Origin: an uncultured Prevotella sp.
GTDB taxonomy: Bacteria; Bacteroidota; Bacteroidia; Bacteroidales; Bacteroidaceae
DNA length: 64,000 nucleotides
NCBI GenBank assembly: GCA_946627325.1
Contig: CAMOVK010000001.1
Span: forward strand, 80,304 to 144,303
Reading direction: 5' to 3'
Shown here: in pieces, positions 40,433 to 51,400 of the stretch
Position numbering within the stretch: position 1 is the first letter of the stretch
Layout: the number at the start of each line of letters is the position of its first letter
Notes under the pieces: generated by a model
Seen by the model: the letters and a program-made list of their open reading frames with translations, nothing else
Databases searched by the model: none
Told to the model about the DNA's origin: nothing
Position numbers and translations under genes: made by a program

Positions 40433-42544
40433 ATGAAGAAAATTTTTACTCTAATTGCAATTGCCTGCTTTGCGCTGACAATTTCTGCACAGCCAGGAGG
40501 CAGAAAAAAGGCTTGGGAAGACTACGGAGAGCTCGTACAAATCTTCTACGAAGACTTCTCAAACATGACAACTGGTAGCGTCGGAGCACCAGACTTCAAC
40601 ACAACCGACATGTATATCGATCCACCAACGGAATATCCTTTTTGGTGGAACATCAATCCCAAGTACATGACAACAGGCAATACCGATACGACAAAACCCA
40701 ACTGGGGTGGTATGAACGTATGGCCTGCAGGTGGATGCATCTACCTTGAATCAACTGTAGATACGGAAGGAGCACGAATATCGCTTCCTAACATCGATGG
40801 TTCAGCAAGAGGCGGACGAGTAATCTTGCGATTCAAGGCTCGTACAGACGACGGAAAGATATGCGACGCTGGCTTCATTGAAGGTGCCGAAACCAACAAC
40901 ATGGGAAAAGAGTGGAGAAACTTCCCACAAAGACCGCTCGGAACAGTCACATCAGAATGGACAACATTCGAATTCATGTTCGAAGAAGTGGGAACATCAA
41001 GCATATTCATTATAGGAGCTGCTCTTAATTTTGGGGATAATCTCAACCCAATATACATTGACGACGTAGAGCTGTTGCAAATCGAACCAAACGTGGAAGC
41101 ACCAGTGCCACTGCCACATAGCAACTATGTAGGTTCAGGACTCACCGCATCGTTCCAAGCAAACTGGAATGCAGTGGAAGGCGCAGAGAAATACCTGATT
41201 AGCGTATTCCAAAAAGATAGATTTAACAACCCAACCAACTACTTCCTTACCGACCAAGAAGCAGATGGCACATCTTATATCGTTGAAGGTGTAGCATCAG
41301 GCGCAACATATTACTACACAGTATCTGCAGTACAGGGAAGCAACGTTTCACTGCCATCAGCAGCAATGCCAGTAGTAGATATTGCACAGCCGGAAAACCT
41401 TGTATCAACAGAAATCGAAAACGGCAAATACACCGCTTCATGGACACCTGTACCAACAGCCGAAGTGTATGACTATTTGGCATACTACGAGCGTACAGTG
41501 GATACAGATAAGACTATCGCTGTAACCGATGAGCCAATCGCAGACCTCAAGTTCCCAGCAAACATGCAAGGCGACTTAGCAGGTCAATCATCAACCTACA
41601 CATCAGAAGGACTCATTGACGCAACAAACAAGTTCCGCAATCAGAACTACGACTTCGACACTAACTACATGTCACACCTCGACCGCTACAACATGACAGA
41701 CTTCAAACAAGCAGGATGGCTCTCAACAATGTCATTCCCTATGAAAGACTGTCTGAAACTCGACGGATGGTGCTACCAATTTGGTCTCGGCGATGCTGGA
41801 CTACAATCATCTGACATCGACCTGTCAAACAATAACGGAGAATTCGACATTGAGTTCGAAAGTTATGGATTTATCGATGAATTCGAAACAATGACAACCC
41901 CAGTTGTTGCAGTATTCAACTACGATAACGAATCACGCGAATACAAACAGTCAGAACTCGTTTATTGCGAACAAAGTGCTGAAGCATGGGAAACAAAAAC
42001 AGCACACCTGACCACTGGTTCTGAGCGCACAATCGTAGGTATCTTCGCTGTAAGAGGAGCCGAAAACCTGCTACTGAAAAACCTGAAGATAAACCAAGAA
42101 GTTAAAGCAGGTGACACAATGCTCGACCCATTCTATGCAGATCTGCGCACATCAAAAACAGAAATAGAAGTAGAATTGCCTGGTCAAGTTGTTGACGCAA
42201 ATGTTTATCACAAAGTTAAAGCTATCCGCACAACTACTACCGACAACCCCAACAAAGCATTCGACGAGGTTATCGGACAGTTTGGCAACCTCGAATATGT
42301 AGGCAAGGGAACATCTACAGGTATTTGTCTGCCTAACGTTACACTCTCAGGTGCAACCGTTCAGTTGTTCGGTGGACAACTCGTTGTAAACAACGAAGGT
42401 AGAAACCGAGTAGAAGTGTATAACCTCGCAGGTGAAAAAGTGTTTGAAGACCGCACAGGAAATGCTAACGTAAACATTCCTGTACAACAACACGGCACAT
42501 ACATTGTCAAAGTTGGACGACAGACAGTGAAGGTGGTTCTCTAA
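40433..42544 (+). CDS. secreted protein with FN3-like domains and T9SS-type C-terminal domain
   Basis: Signal peptide MKKIFTLIAIACFALTISA (ATG 40433); FQANWNAVEGAEKY...TYYYTVSA FN3-like segment; tail VYNLAGEKV...GTYIVKV...KVVL. Confidence 0.75.
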   Translation: MKKIFTLIAIACFALTISAQPGGRKKAWEDYGELVQIFYEDFSNMTTGSVGAPDFNTTDMYIDPPTEYPFWWNINPKYMTTGNTDTTKPNWGGMNVWPAGGCIYLESTVDTEGARISLPNIDGSARGGRVILRFKARTDDGKICDAGFIEGAETNNMGKEWRNFPQRPLGTVTSEWTTFEFMFEEVGTSSIFIIGAALNFGDNLNPIYIDDVELLQIEPNVEAPVPLPHSNYVGSGLTASFQANWNAVEGAEKYLISVFQKDRFNNPTNYFLTDQEADGTSYIVEGVASGATYYYTVSAVQGSNVSLPSAAMPVVDIAQPENLVSTEIENGKYTASWTPVPTAEVYDYLAYYERTVDTDKTIAVTDEPIADLKFPANMQGDLAGQSSTYTSEGLIDATNKFRNQNYDFDTNYMSHLDRYNMTDFKQAGWLSTMSFPMKDCLKLDGWCYQFGLGDAGLQSSDIDLSNNNGEFDIEFESYGFIDEFETMTTPVVAVFNYDNESREYKQSELVYCEQSAEAWETKTAHLTTGSERTIVGIFAVRGAENLLLKNLKINQEVKAGDTMLDPFYADLRTSKTEIEVELPGQVVDANVYHKVKAIRTTTTDNPNKAFDEVIGQFGNLEYVGKGTSTGICLPNVTLSGATVQLFGGQLVVNNEGRNRVEVYNLAGEKVFEDRTGNANVNIPVQQHGTYIVKVGRQTVKVVL

Positions 42545-42619
42545 TAAAGGAACGACGACCTTAAAAGGTCATTCGCAAACACAAATAGAAGATTTAACAT
42601 TCATAAAAAAATAAAAATT

Positions 42620-45154
42620 ATGAGACACTTTATTCGTACATTTTCGGTCTTATTACTTCTCGTTGCAGGAGTATTAAGCGCAGGCGCACAGGGTGTACAG
42701 AGCTTCCGTGACCTGCTGACGGCTGGCGCATCTGCACCAAGCGAAATTCAATTGCCCAGCAATGCGCAGGTATTGAAACTCGACAACAAACGCGCGCTCC
42801 TTTGGGATGGAACAGCAGGACTCCTCCTCTACATTGACAATCCCTCTGGAGTATTTACCAACCTCGAATACGGTACTCCATATTACGACGGCTATACCGC
42901 TTATTCTATTAGCGGTACTATGAACGCCGTATATGAAGACTACTACTATGACTTCTACATCAGTTCAAACAGCTCTGCTGCACTAACATTCGGAGAAAAA
43001 GGAACTCTGACACCTAAAGTAGTCACTGGACAGGAAGCAATCAATGCAAACCGCCAGAACTTCTACTGCTACGTTCAGATGCACGGAACGATGGACAACA
43101 ACAAGTTCATTGCTGATGACGGAACGGAGTTTTATATCGTGGAAACCTACAACACAGGTGTTATAGGTAAGTCTGGAGCTGGCACACTGAAAGCTGTTGT
43201 TGGTGATATCACCATGACAAACAGCATGGACTTCCTGACTATCATTGAGTCACAAGCTTGGACAGCCGACGAAAGCTCATCGTTCGATGCCGAAGTGAAG
43301 AGCCTTGGCGAATTAAAATCATTAGGTTACGGAGATGTTCGTTTCAAATTCGAAGAGGATAAAGTTAAGGTTCTTAGCCTACTTAATAACGACGGTTATG
43401 TTAACCTTTACCTTTGGGATGGCAGCGATGGTGTTCTGGTCAATGGCTACCTCAATGACAGCGGAGACTTAGATTTCGCACCGGGAACTATTCTCAATGG
43501 TGGAATTGAAGCAATGTATATGGGTTCTTATGGAAATTCACTTTACTATGCTCCTAATTATTATTCAAACCACACCAAACTGTTCACTCCTGGAAATGTC
43601 ACAAGTTTCTCACCAATAAAGAAAACACTTGCTGAAGTACATGAGACTAACACCTCAACAACCTACGAATTCTCTTATCTCGCAATTAAGGGAAAAATCG
43701 TTGAAGGTAATTTGGTTGATGGCGACGTATCAATACCGCTCCTCAACACAGCTTGTCCTACTGCCGATTTGATGAAATATGAAGGCAAGACAGGTACGTT
43801 CTATGGTCTCTACCAGAGCCAAGGCGGCGAATACCTTCTCCCCATCAGTGAATACTACTTCCTCGAAGAAGATACTCCAACAGAGAAAAAAGTTTATTCG
43901 ATAGCAGAACTTCGCCAAGTTTCTGACAACGACACTTATACTCTCCCTCTGGCAGCCGAGAACGACTATCAGATGCAAGTGCTCGCAGTCAATGGTTCGA
44001 TTGTTTATCTCTGGGATGGCGAGAATGGTCTCGTTGCTATTGACCCAACAGAAAGCTTCCAACAGCAGCATGTAGGAACATTCATGTATGGTGATGTGAA
44101 ATTCGAAGTAAGCAATCCTTATGGTGATGGTAATGAATATGTTATCAACTTTGCATCTATCCAGCAATTCTCAGAAGTTGCCGACTTCCTCCCTGCAGTA
44201 GAGAGAACGACTCCAGTAGAAGGCGATTTCGTTAAATTCTCTGCAACAATAGAAGGCGATACTGACGAAGGAGGATGGCAAAGCATTACTGTTAACGACA
44301 AGAAATACTGGATCTCTGACGATTTGATTGACGTAGAAGGTACTCTCGCTGACTACGTTGGCAAGACTGGAACAATCACCGCTATCTTCACAGGCGATTA
44401 CGAAGAGGAAGGATTCCTTTCTGTTTATCCTGACAACTGGTTTGTTGAAGACACTCCAGAATATGAAGAACTGACCTCACTCGATGCTATCTATAAGCAG
44501 ACAGAGGCTGGCAAGTATAAGTTCAACGTTCCAGCTGACGGCGACTATAAGGTTCAATTCCTTGCTCTCAACGGCGATAAGGTTTATCTCTACGACGGAA
44601 CAGACGTATTCCGCTTCACTCTTGCTTCTGTAGCAAATGCTCCTCGCAAGGTAAAGATCATAAGTGTTGCAGATCGTGTAGGTGCTTATGTCAGTGGCGA
44701 AATGATTATCTCTCTCGGTGGAGAAGAAGACCTGCTCGACCCAAGCACTATTAATTTCAGCGAGAAACAGGAACTGATGGCTCCTATAGCTAAGACCTAC
44801 GTCACAAAACGCTACGACTACATCGAGTACGAGTCAACTGTTGAGATGTCTGGTAATACACCTGTAGCAAGTATCGACAATCAATACTTTGTTCTTTCTG
44901 ACGAACTCATCGATGAAACCATTGATTTCAAAGCTATGGAAGGCGAAACAGGCAAGATGAAACTGATAATCGACGGAATGTATGCTTACGTTTATCCGAG
45001 CGACTGGATTACTACTGTAGAAACTGGCATCAACGAGGTTGAGACAGCCGACAGCGCTGCTACTGTTTACTCAATCGACGGACGCCGTGTTCAGAAAGCC
45101 AACCTCCAGAGAGGCATCTACATCCAGAACGGTAAAAAAGTTGCAATTAAGTAA
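42620..45154 (+). CDS. secreted four-repeat (OB-fold-like) protein with short T9SS-like tail
   Basis: Signal peptide; four repeats of S(L/I/F)xEL...V.L(W/Y)DG; tail TGINEV...VYSIDGRRV...RGIYIQNGKKV. Confidence 0.75.
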   Translation: MRHFIRTFSVLLLLVAGVLSAGAQGVQSFRDLLTAGASAPSEIQLPSNAQVLKLDNKRALLWDGTAGLLLYIDNPSGVFTNLEYGTPYYDGYTAYSISGTMNAVYEDYYYDFYISSNSSAALTFGEKGTLTPKVVTGQEAINANRQNFYCYVQMHGTMDNNKFIADDGTEFYIVETYNTGVIGKSGAGTLKAVVGDITMTNSMDFLTIIESQAWTADESSSFDAEVKSLGELKSLGYGDVRFKFEEDKVKVLSLLNNDGYVNLYLWDGSDGVLVNGYLNDSGDLDFAPGTILNGGIEAMYMGSYGNSLYYAPNYYSNHTKLFTPGNVTSFSPIKKTLAEVHETNTSTTYEFSYLAIKGKIVEGNLVDGDVSIPLLNTACPTADLMKYEGKTGTFYGLYQSQGGEYLLPISEYYFLEEDTPTEKKVYSIAELRQVSDNDTYTLPLAAENDYQMQVLAVNGSIVYLWDGENGLVAIDPTESFQQQHVGTFMYGDVKFEVSNPYGDGNEYVINFASIQQFSEVADFLPAVERTTPVEGDFVKFSATIEGDTDEGGWQSITVNDKKYWISDDLIDVEGTLADYVGKTGTITAIFTGDYEEEGFLSVYPDNWFVEDTPEYEELTSLDAIYKQTEAGKYKFNVPADGDYKVQFLALNGDKVYLYDGTDVFRFTLASVANAPRKVKIISVADRVGAYVSGEMIISLGGEEDLLDPSTINFSEKQELMAPIAKTYVTKRYDYIEYESTVEMSGNTPVASIDNQYFVLSDELIDETIDFKAMEGETGKMKLIIDGMYAYVYPSDWITTVETGINEVETADSAATVYSIDGRRVQKANLQRGIYIQNGKKVAIK

Positions 45155-45193
45155 AATAAAAAGCGAAAGCTAAGACACTTTTGCTAACATATC

Positions 45194-45231
45194 AATAATG
45201 GCTGCTGAAGTATGTTTCAGCAGCCATTATT
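45194..45231. terminator. intrinsic terminator between convergent genes, likely bidirectional
   Basis: Perfect 16-bp inverted repeat AATAATGGCTGCTGAA-gtatgt-TTCAGCAGCCATTATT. Confidence 0.85.
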
Positions 45232-45275
45232 TTAATAAAGTAATATAAGAACGTAAGGGTAACAGCTAAAACTTC

Positions 45276-46610
45276 CTACAGCAGCGCCTGTAGGGTTGTC
45301 AGTCGATAGCTGTTACTACCTTTTATGAGTATAAGTGCATTGATGATATTTTCTTGCTTCAATGCTTCTGCTGCTTCATCGGTCGTTGCGAACTTCCGAT
45401 AGTGACACTTTATAGGCATGAAAGCCTCGCCTATCAACCACACATTCTTTACCGACATTTGTCGTATGTGATTGACCAAGCGTCGGTGTTCCTCATCGCT
45501 TGCCGCACCGAGTTCGTTCATTTGAGCCAAAATCATCATCTTATTGTCGGCTTCAATCTGTTCGAAATTGTCCAATGCTGCCGCCATCGATGTTGGATTA
45601 GCATTGTAGGCATCGACTATGAGCTTATTGCGATTGGTCTCTACCAGCTGCGAACGATTGTTAGTAGGTTGATATTCTTCGAGAGCCTCACATATCTTCT
45701 CTGCCTCTATGCCGAAGTTCACTCCTACTGCAACAGCAGCCAGCACATTGTTTATATTGTACTTGCCTATCAGTTGTGTCCTCACCGTGTTCCATTTACC
45801 TGCCGAAGGGTCGTTGTCGCTATCTATTATGGGTTTCTTCCATCGCATTTCCAACATCGGACTGCAGGCAGTCACCTCGCCAACGATACATCCTTCGGAG
45901 TTCTGCAGATTGGTAGAATAAGGTGTAACCCACACGTTGTCGGGCAGTATCTCCATAAGATTATCGTCGTCGGCATTGATGAAGATGGTTGATTCTTCGC
46001 GTCGTGCGAGGTCGGAGTATAGTTCGCCTTTTGTTTTCACCACTCCCTTGAACGAGCCAAAGCCCTGCAAGTGAGCCAGTCCCACATTGGTTATCAGTCC
46101 ATGTGTAGGTTCGGCAGTCTCAGCGAGGGTTTTTATGTCGCCTGGATGGCTTGCCCCCATCTCCACTATTGCTATCTCCGTTTGTCGGTCTATACGCAGC
46201 AGCGTTTTCGGAACACCCACATCGTTGTTGTAGTTGCCTTCGGTAGCCATCACGTTGTATTTCTTTCTCAGCACTGCAGCAATGAGTTCCTTTGTCGTAG
46301 TTTTGCCATTAGTCCCCGTAATGCCTATTACTGGTATGTCAAACTGTCTGCGATGCTCTCTTGCAAGGTCTTTATAAGTCTGCAAGGCATCTTTTACCAA
46401 TATATATCTGTCGTCGCCTTCTTCGACATAGTCACCGTTGTCGATTACGGCATATCTGCAACCACTCTCCAATGCCTTATGCGCGAATTTGTTTCCATCG
46501 AACGATTCGCCTTTCAAGGCTATGAACATTGAGCCTTCGGGGCAGTTTCGGCTGTCTGTTGTAAGGCTGCCACACTGACAATATAATGAATACAATTCCT
46601 TGATAGTCAT
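45276..46610 (-). CDS. murF: UDP-MurNAc-tripeptide--D-Ala-D-Ala ligase
   Basis: [33 protein letters not shown]. Confidence 0.96.
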   Translation of the reverse strand: MTIKELYSLYCQCGSLTTDSRNCPEGSMFIALKGESFDGNKFAHKALESGCRYAVIDNGDYVEEGDDRYILVKDALQTYKDLAREHRRQFDIPVIGITGTNGKTTTKELIAAVLRKKYNVMATEGNYNNDVGVPKTLLRIDRQTEIAIVEMGASHPGDIKTLAETAEPTHGLITNVGLAHLQGFGSFKGVVKTKGELYSDLARREESTIFINADDDNLMEILPDNVWVTPYSTNLQNSEGCIVGEVTACSPMLEMRWKKPIIDSDNDPSAGKWNTVRTQLIGKYNINNVLAAVAVGVNFGIEAEKICEALEEYQPTNNRSQLVETNRNKLIVDAYNANPTSMAAALDNFEQIEADNKMMILAQMNELGAASDEEHRRLVNHIRQMSVKNVWLIGEAFMPIKCHYRKFATTDEAAEALKQENIINALILIKGSNSYRLTTLQALL

Positions 46611-46751
46611 AGTTTATTTATATGATTTATTTTTGCAAAGGTAAGAAAAAGCCAGCTTTTCTTCCAATCTTATCATCATTTATGCAGGAAAAGCGACTGT
46701 ATTTTCAATCAAGAGCCTTGCCTTTCCACATATTTTTCTTACTTTTGCCGT

Positions 46752-48089
46752 ATGAATTGGCAACAACTGATAACCAACAAGCGTCTCGGTCAGGAGTATC
46801 GACACGCTGACCGCTTCGACGACCGTTCTGAGTTCAAGCGCGACTACGACCGTCTTATCTTCTCGGCTCCTTTCCGCCGACTTCAGAACAAGACGCAGGT
46901 ATTCCCCCTTCCTGGCAGCATTTTCGTTCACAACCGATTGACCCACTCACTCGAGGTGTCGTCGCTGGGTATGTCGTTAGGCAACGATGTGTCACGTATT
47001 CTCGTCGAGCGCCACCCCGAATTGCGTGGCACCCTGTTCGAAGAGATTGGCACCATCGTTTCTGCCGCCTGCCTTGCTCACGACTTGGGTAATCCTCCCT
47101 TTGGTCATTCTGGCGAGAAAGCCATTCAGACCTATTTTACCGAAGGCAGTGGCAGCGACCTCCAGAAAGCCGTATCGCCTGAGTTTTGGAACGATGTTAC
47201 TCGCTTCGATGGCAATGCCAACGCCTTCCGTCTGCTCACCCATCGGTTCTGCGGGCGTCGCGAGGGCGGCTTCGTCATGACCTATAGCACCCTTGCCAGC
47301 ATCGTGAAGTATCCTTTCTCATCGTCTGTTGCCACGAAAAACAAGTTTGGTTTCTTCACTCCCGAAGCCCCACTCTATCGTCGCATAGCCGACGAACTAT
47401 GCATACCGCTTATTAGCGATGCCAGTTCCAACGGCGAGCGATGGGCGCGCTATCCGCTCGTCTATCTTGTTGAAGCAGCCGACGACATCTGTTACGAGAT
47501 TATGGACATAGAAGATGCCCACAAACTGAAGGTTCTCTCCTTTGAAGAGACGTGCGACTTGCTACTCGGTTTCTTCGACAAAGAACAGCAGGAAGCCATC
47601 GTTCAGCGCATCGACGAGGAACATATCACCGACAACAACGAGAAAATCGTTTATATGCGAGCCCGCGTCATCGGTTTGTTAGAGCGCGAATGTGTCAAGG
47701 CGTTTGTTGAAAACGAAGAGGCTATCCTTGCTGGCACATTCAGCGGCAGCCTGATAGAAAACATCTCAGAGCAGCCTCGCGAGGCTTACCAGCGCTGTAC
47801 GCGCCTGTCCGTTGAACGCATCTATAAAAGTAAACCAGTACTCGATGTCGAACTGTCGGGTTACAAAATAATGGAAACGCTCATGCAAGTGATGGTCGAT
47901 GCCGTGCTCTACCCCGACCGCTACTATTCGAAACAACTCATCATGCGCGTCTCCAGCCAATACGACATCCATGCCCGCGACCTCGAAACGCGCCTAATGG
48001 CTGTCATCGACTACATCACTGGCATGACTGACGTATATGCTCTCGACGTATATCAGAAGATAAACGGCATCTCCCTGCCAGTAGTCTAA
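46752..48089 (+). CDS. dgt: dGTP triphosphohydrolase (HD family)
   Basis: RRLQNKTQVF, HNRLTHSLEV, AHDLGNPPFGHSGE, EAADDICY, DYITGMTD. Confidence 0.93.
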   Translation: MNWQQLITNKRLGQEYRHADRFDDRSEFKRDYDRLIFSAPFRRLQNKTQVFPLPGSIFVHNRLTHSLEVSSLGMSLGNDVSRILVERHPELRGTLFEEIGTIVSAACLAHDLGNPPFGHSGEKAIQTYFTEGSGSDLQKAVSPEFWNDVTRFDGNANAFRLLTHRFCGRREGGFVMTYSTLASIVKYPFSSSVATKNKFGFFTPEAPLYRRIADELCIPLISDASSNGERWARYPLVYLVEAADDICYEIMDIEDAHKLKVLSFEETCDLLLGFFDKEQQEAIVQRIDEEHITDNNEKIVYMRARVIGLLERECVKAFVENEEAILAGTFSGSLIENISEQPREAYQRCTRLSVERIYKSKPVLDVELSGYKIMETLMQVMVDAVLYPDRYYSKQLIMRVSSQYDIHARDLETRLMAVIDYITGMTDVYALDVYQKINGISLPVV

Positions 48090-48138
48090 AAAAAAATCTT
48101 TCAACATATTGTAACACAACAAGTTACTCTTTCGACGT

Positions 48139-48226
48139 GGAAAGCATATCTTTTCGCATCGGAAAGCATGTCTTTTGGACTTGGAAAGCACGTCTTTCCA
48201 AAACGAAAAGACGTGCTTTCCAAAAT
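48139..48226. repeat. array 5: four 22-bp palindromic units
   Basis: GGAAAGCATATCTTTTCGCATC / GGAAAGCATGTCTTTTGGACTT / GGAAAGCACGTCTTTCCAAAAC / GAAAAGACGTGCTTTCCAAAAT. Confidence 0.93.
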
Positions 48227-48473
48227 CGTTAGAATAGATATACAAAATCAGAACTATAAAAAACAACCTACCGATTGTGGAAAATTAAAAAATTACCTCT
48301 TATATTTTGATAATTTATTTTATATTTCTATCTTCGCACAAATTTTGCTTTTCGGCAACATGATTTTGCAAAATCGCGATTAAGCGAGCACAGTCGGAAC
48401 TCGTTCTGAACATGTCGAGCGTTAGCAATTTAAGCAAATTAACAACCAAAATTCACTATAAACTAATAAAACG

Positions 48474-51400
48474 ATGAAAAAGATTCTTACTCTACTCGTT
48501 GTAGCAATGGTTTCGTTCATAGGAGCCAACGCACAACCACGGGTAAAAGGACCTGTTGCACCGATGAAGAACACTTCAGCAGCTGCATCTTTTACCTACG
48601 AAAACCTGAAATCTACCAACTATTTGCCTCTCGTTCAAGGACCTAAGAAGGCAAAGTTTGGCGGCACTGACGGATTTGTCGATGCGTATTCATTCATACT
48701 CTACGACAATCGTTTTCGCAGCTACGTGCTATCAAAGTTCAACACAGAAGACCCTACCGCCTACAAACGCGTTCGCGACTATGGTACAACTCAGGGCTCT
48801 GACGTGTTCCAGACAGCCACATTCGTAGGCGACCGCATCTTCGCAGAGCGTTGCTATCTGCAATGGATGGGCTACTGGCAGCCACGTTCCTTCGGATGGC
48901 TCGACCCAGAGACAACAGAGTTTGAAGAAGTATTCTCATGGACAGACTCCTACTACACACTCTTCCGCGACATGACCTACGACCCCGTTTCCGACAAGAT
49001 TTACCTTATCGACGCTGAAGACGGCTTCGAAGTGTCTCACATATACATGATAGACCCCAACAACCCACAAGCACCAGAAAAAGTGTGCACCATGAACTAC
49101 GGTCTGACAACGATCGCTGCCGACAACGGATACCTCTATGGTATCATACCTAACAGCCTCGACGAGAATAACAAAGACCAGTATGGCCTTTATCAACCAA
49201 AAGCCAACACACGTCTTGTGAAAATCAATACCGCATCGATAAACAAGGCGACACAGACCTGCGAAGTGGAAGAAATCCGCGCTTCAGGCATGAACATTTC
49301 CATCGCTTTCAATGATGGACAAAACCGCCCATCAATCTATTGGCAGTCAATGGAGTTCGACAAAATCAACCATCGCCTGTGGTGGATGACTACGACTCAC
49401 AACGGACAGGCTCTAGCCATCGAAATCAACCCCAAGACTGGCTCCATCATCTCTCGCACAAACTTCACTACAAACCCTCAGATGATAGCACTCGCCATCC
49501 CTTATCAGACAGCAGCCGACGGAGCACCATCGTATGTGCGCAATCTGAATGTGACACCTGGAGCACAAGGAGCATCATTAGCTACATTCACATGGGACAA
49601 CCCATCGCAAACCTACATGAACGAAAACCTCACTCAGCTGACAGGAATAAAGGTATATCGCGACGGAGAACTCATCCAAACCATTCCTTCGTTCACACCA
49701 GGTCTCACAATGTTATTTGAAGACACTGACGTGCCTACTGGAAACCACAACTACAAATTCCTCGCCTACAACAACGCTGGCGACGGAATCTACAAAGACA
49801 TCGACGTATTCGTTGGTCACGACACTCCTGCAAAGGTTGATATGCTCACTCTCGTAGCTGAGGGAACAGGCGGAAAAATCACATGGAATGCACCTACAGA
49901 AGGACGCTACGGTGGCTGGATAGATGCATCTACACTGAAATACAAAATCGTCAGACTGCCAGACAATGTAACAGTGGCAGAAGACCTTACTGCAACATCG
50001 TTCGTTGACAATAATATCACTCGCTTCGATGGCTACTCTTACGTTGTCACACCATCTACCGCTGACGGCGAAGGCGAATCAGCAACATCGAACGTACTGC
50101 CTCTCGGACCAGCACTCGACGTTCCTTATACCAGCGCATTGAACACACAGCAACTCTTCAATATGTGGACCGTTATCGACAACAACCAAAACGGACTGGG
50201 CGACGGTGTATCATGGGAATTTGACGCATTCAGAAAAGTGGCTCGCTACTATGGCAACCTCAATCAGGCAAACGACTATCTCATCTCGCCGAAATTCAAC
50301 TTCGAACCAGGAAAAGAATATCAGATACGCTATACATACTACTCGATGAACTGGGTTCATCCTGTAACAATGGAACCACTGATGGAGGAAATGGAAGTGT
50401 ACTACGGAACCGAGCCTACAGCAGAAGGCATGAACCAATTGCTATTCGCTACTGGCGAATTCAACACAGGTTCTGAAATCTACCTGTATGGCAAGAACAA
50501 CTTCACTCCACAGACTACCACCGGACACGTTGCATTCAAGTCCGTTACTCCTGGCGACCGCGGAATAACATTCCTTAAAGACTTCTCTATCCGCGAACAC
50601 AGCACAACCGACCTTTCTGTAACAAAAGTAAACATCTCAGGAGTAGCTAATGCCAACGTTCTGCAAGAAGCTAACGTAGAAGTAACCAACGAAGGTACAC
50701 AGACACAAAGCAACTACACCGTGCAGATTATCGACGCAGAAACAGAGCAAGTGCTTGGCACCGCTAACGGAGTATCAGTCAACCCTGATGAGCACGTAAA
50801 CGTCAAAGTAGGATGGATGCCAACAGTTTCAGGCAACATGAATCTGACTGCACGAGTTGTTCTCGAAGGCGACACTTATCCCGAAGACAACACTTGGAAA
50901 TCGCCAGTTGTCGTAAACGTAACCGAAAGCGACGGAGTTCTATGGTTCGCTGCCAACGAAGACCACAAGAGATGGGACGAAGGCTACAACGATTGGCTGG
51001 GTATAGGATGGAACGGACCAATGCACCTGACCTATAACTACAGTCAAGTGCAAAACCTCTTCCTTGAGTCAGAACTGCGCAAAGACGTGATATTGGAAGG
51101 ACTGCAATTCGTTTATGACGGCAACGCTGGCTTAAAAGGCATGTCGTTCGGACTGAAAGTGAGCATCAAGAAGACCGACCGCACTTCGATGGAGAACGTA
51201 AACGACGCTGGTATGGGCGACTTCGATCCTAGCTCAGGTTGGACAGTAGTATTCGATGGTGAAGTAACATTCGAAAGCGCAAGCGAAAACAGCCCGATGA
51301 CAATCATGTTCGACACACCATTCAAGTATGAAAGTGGCAACATCATTGTTAAATACGAGCGCACAACAACAGGCGCTATCGATGGAGAGATAGCTCCCTA

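Noticed and set aside
45276-46610. murF outside the dcw cluster
   Set aside because: Usual arrangement in Bacteroidales.
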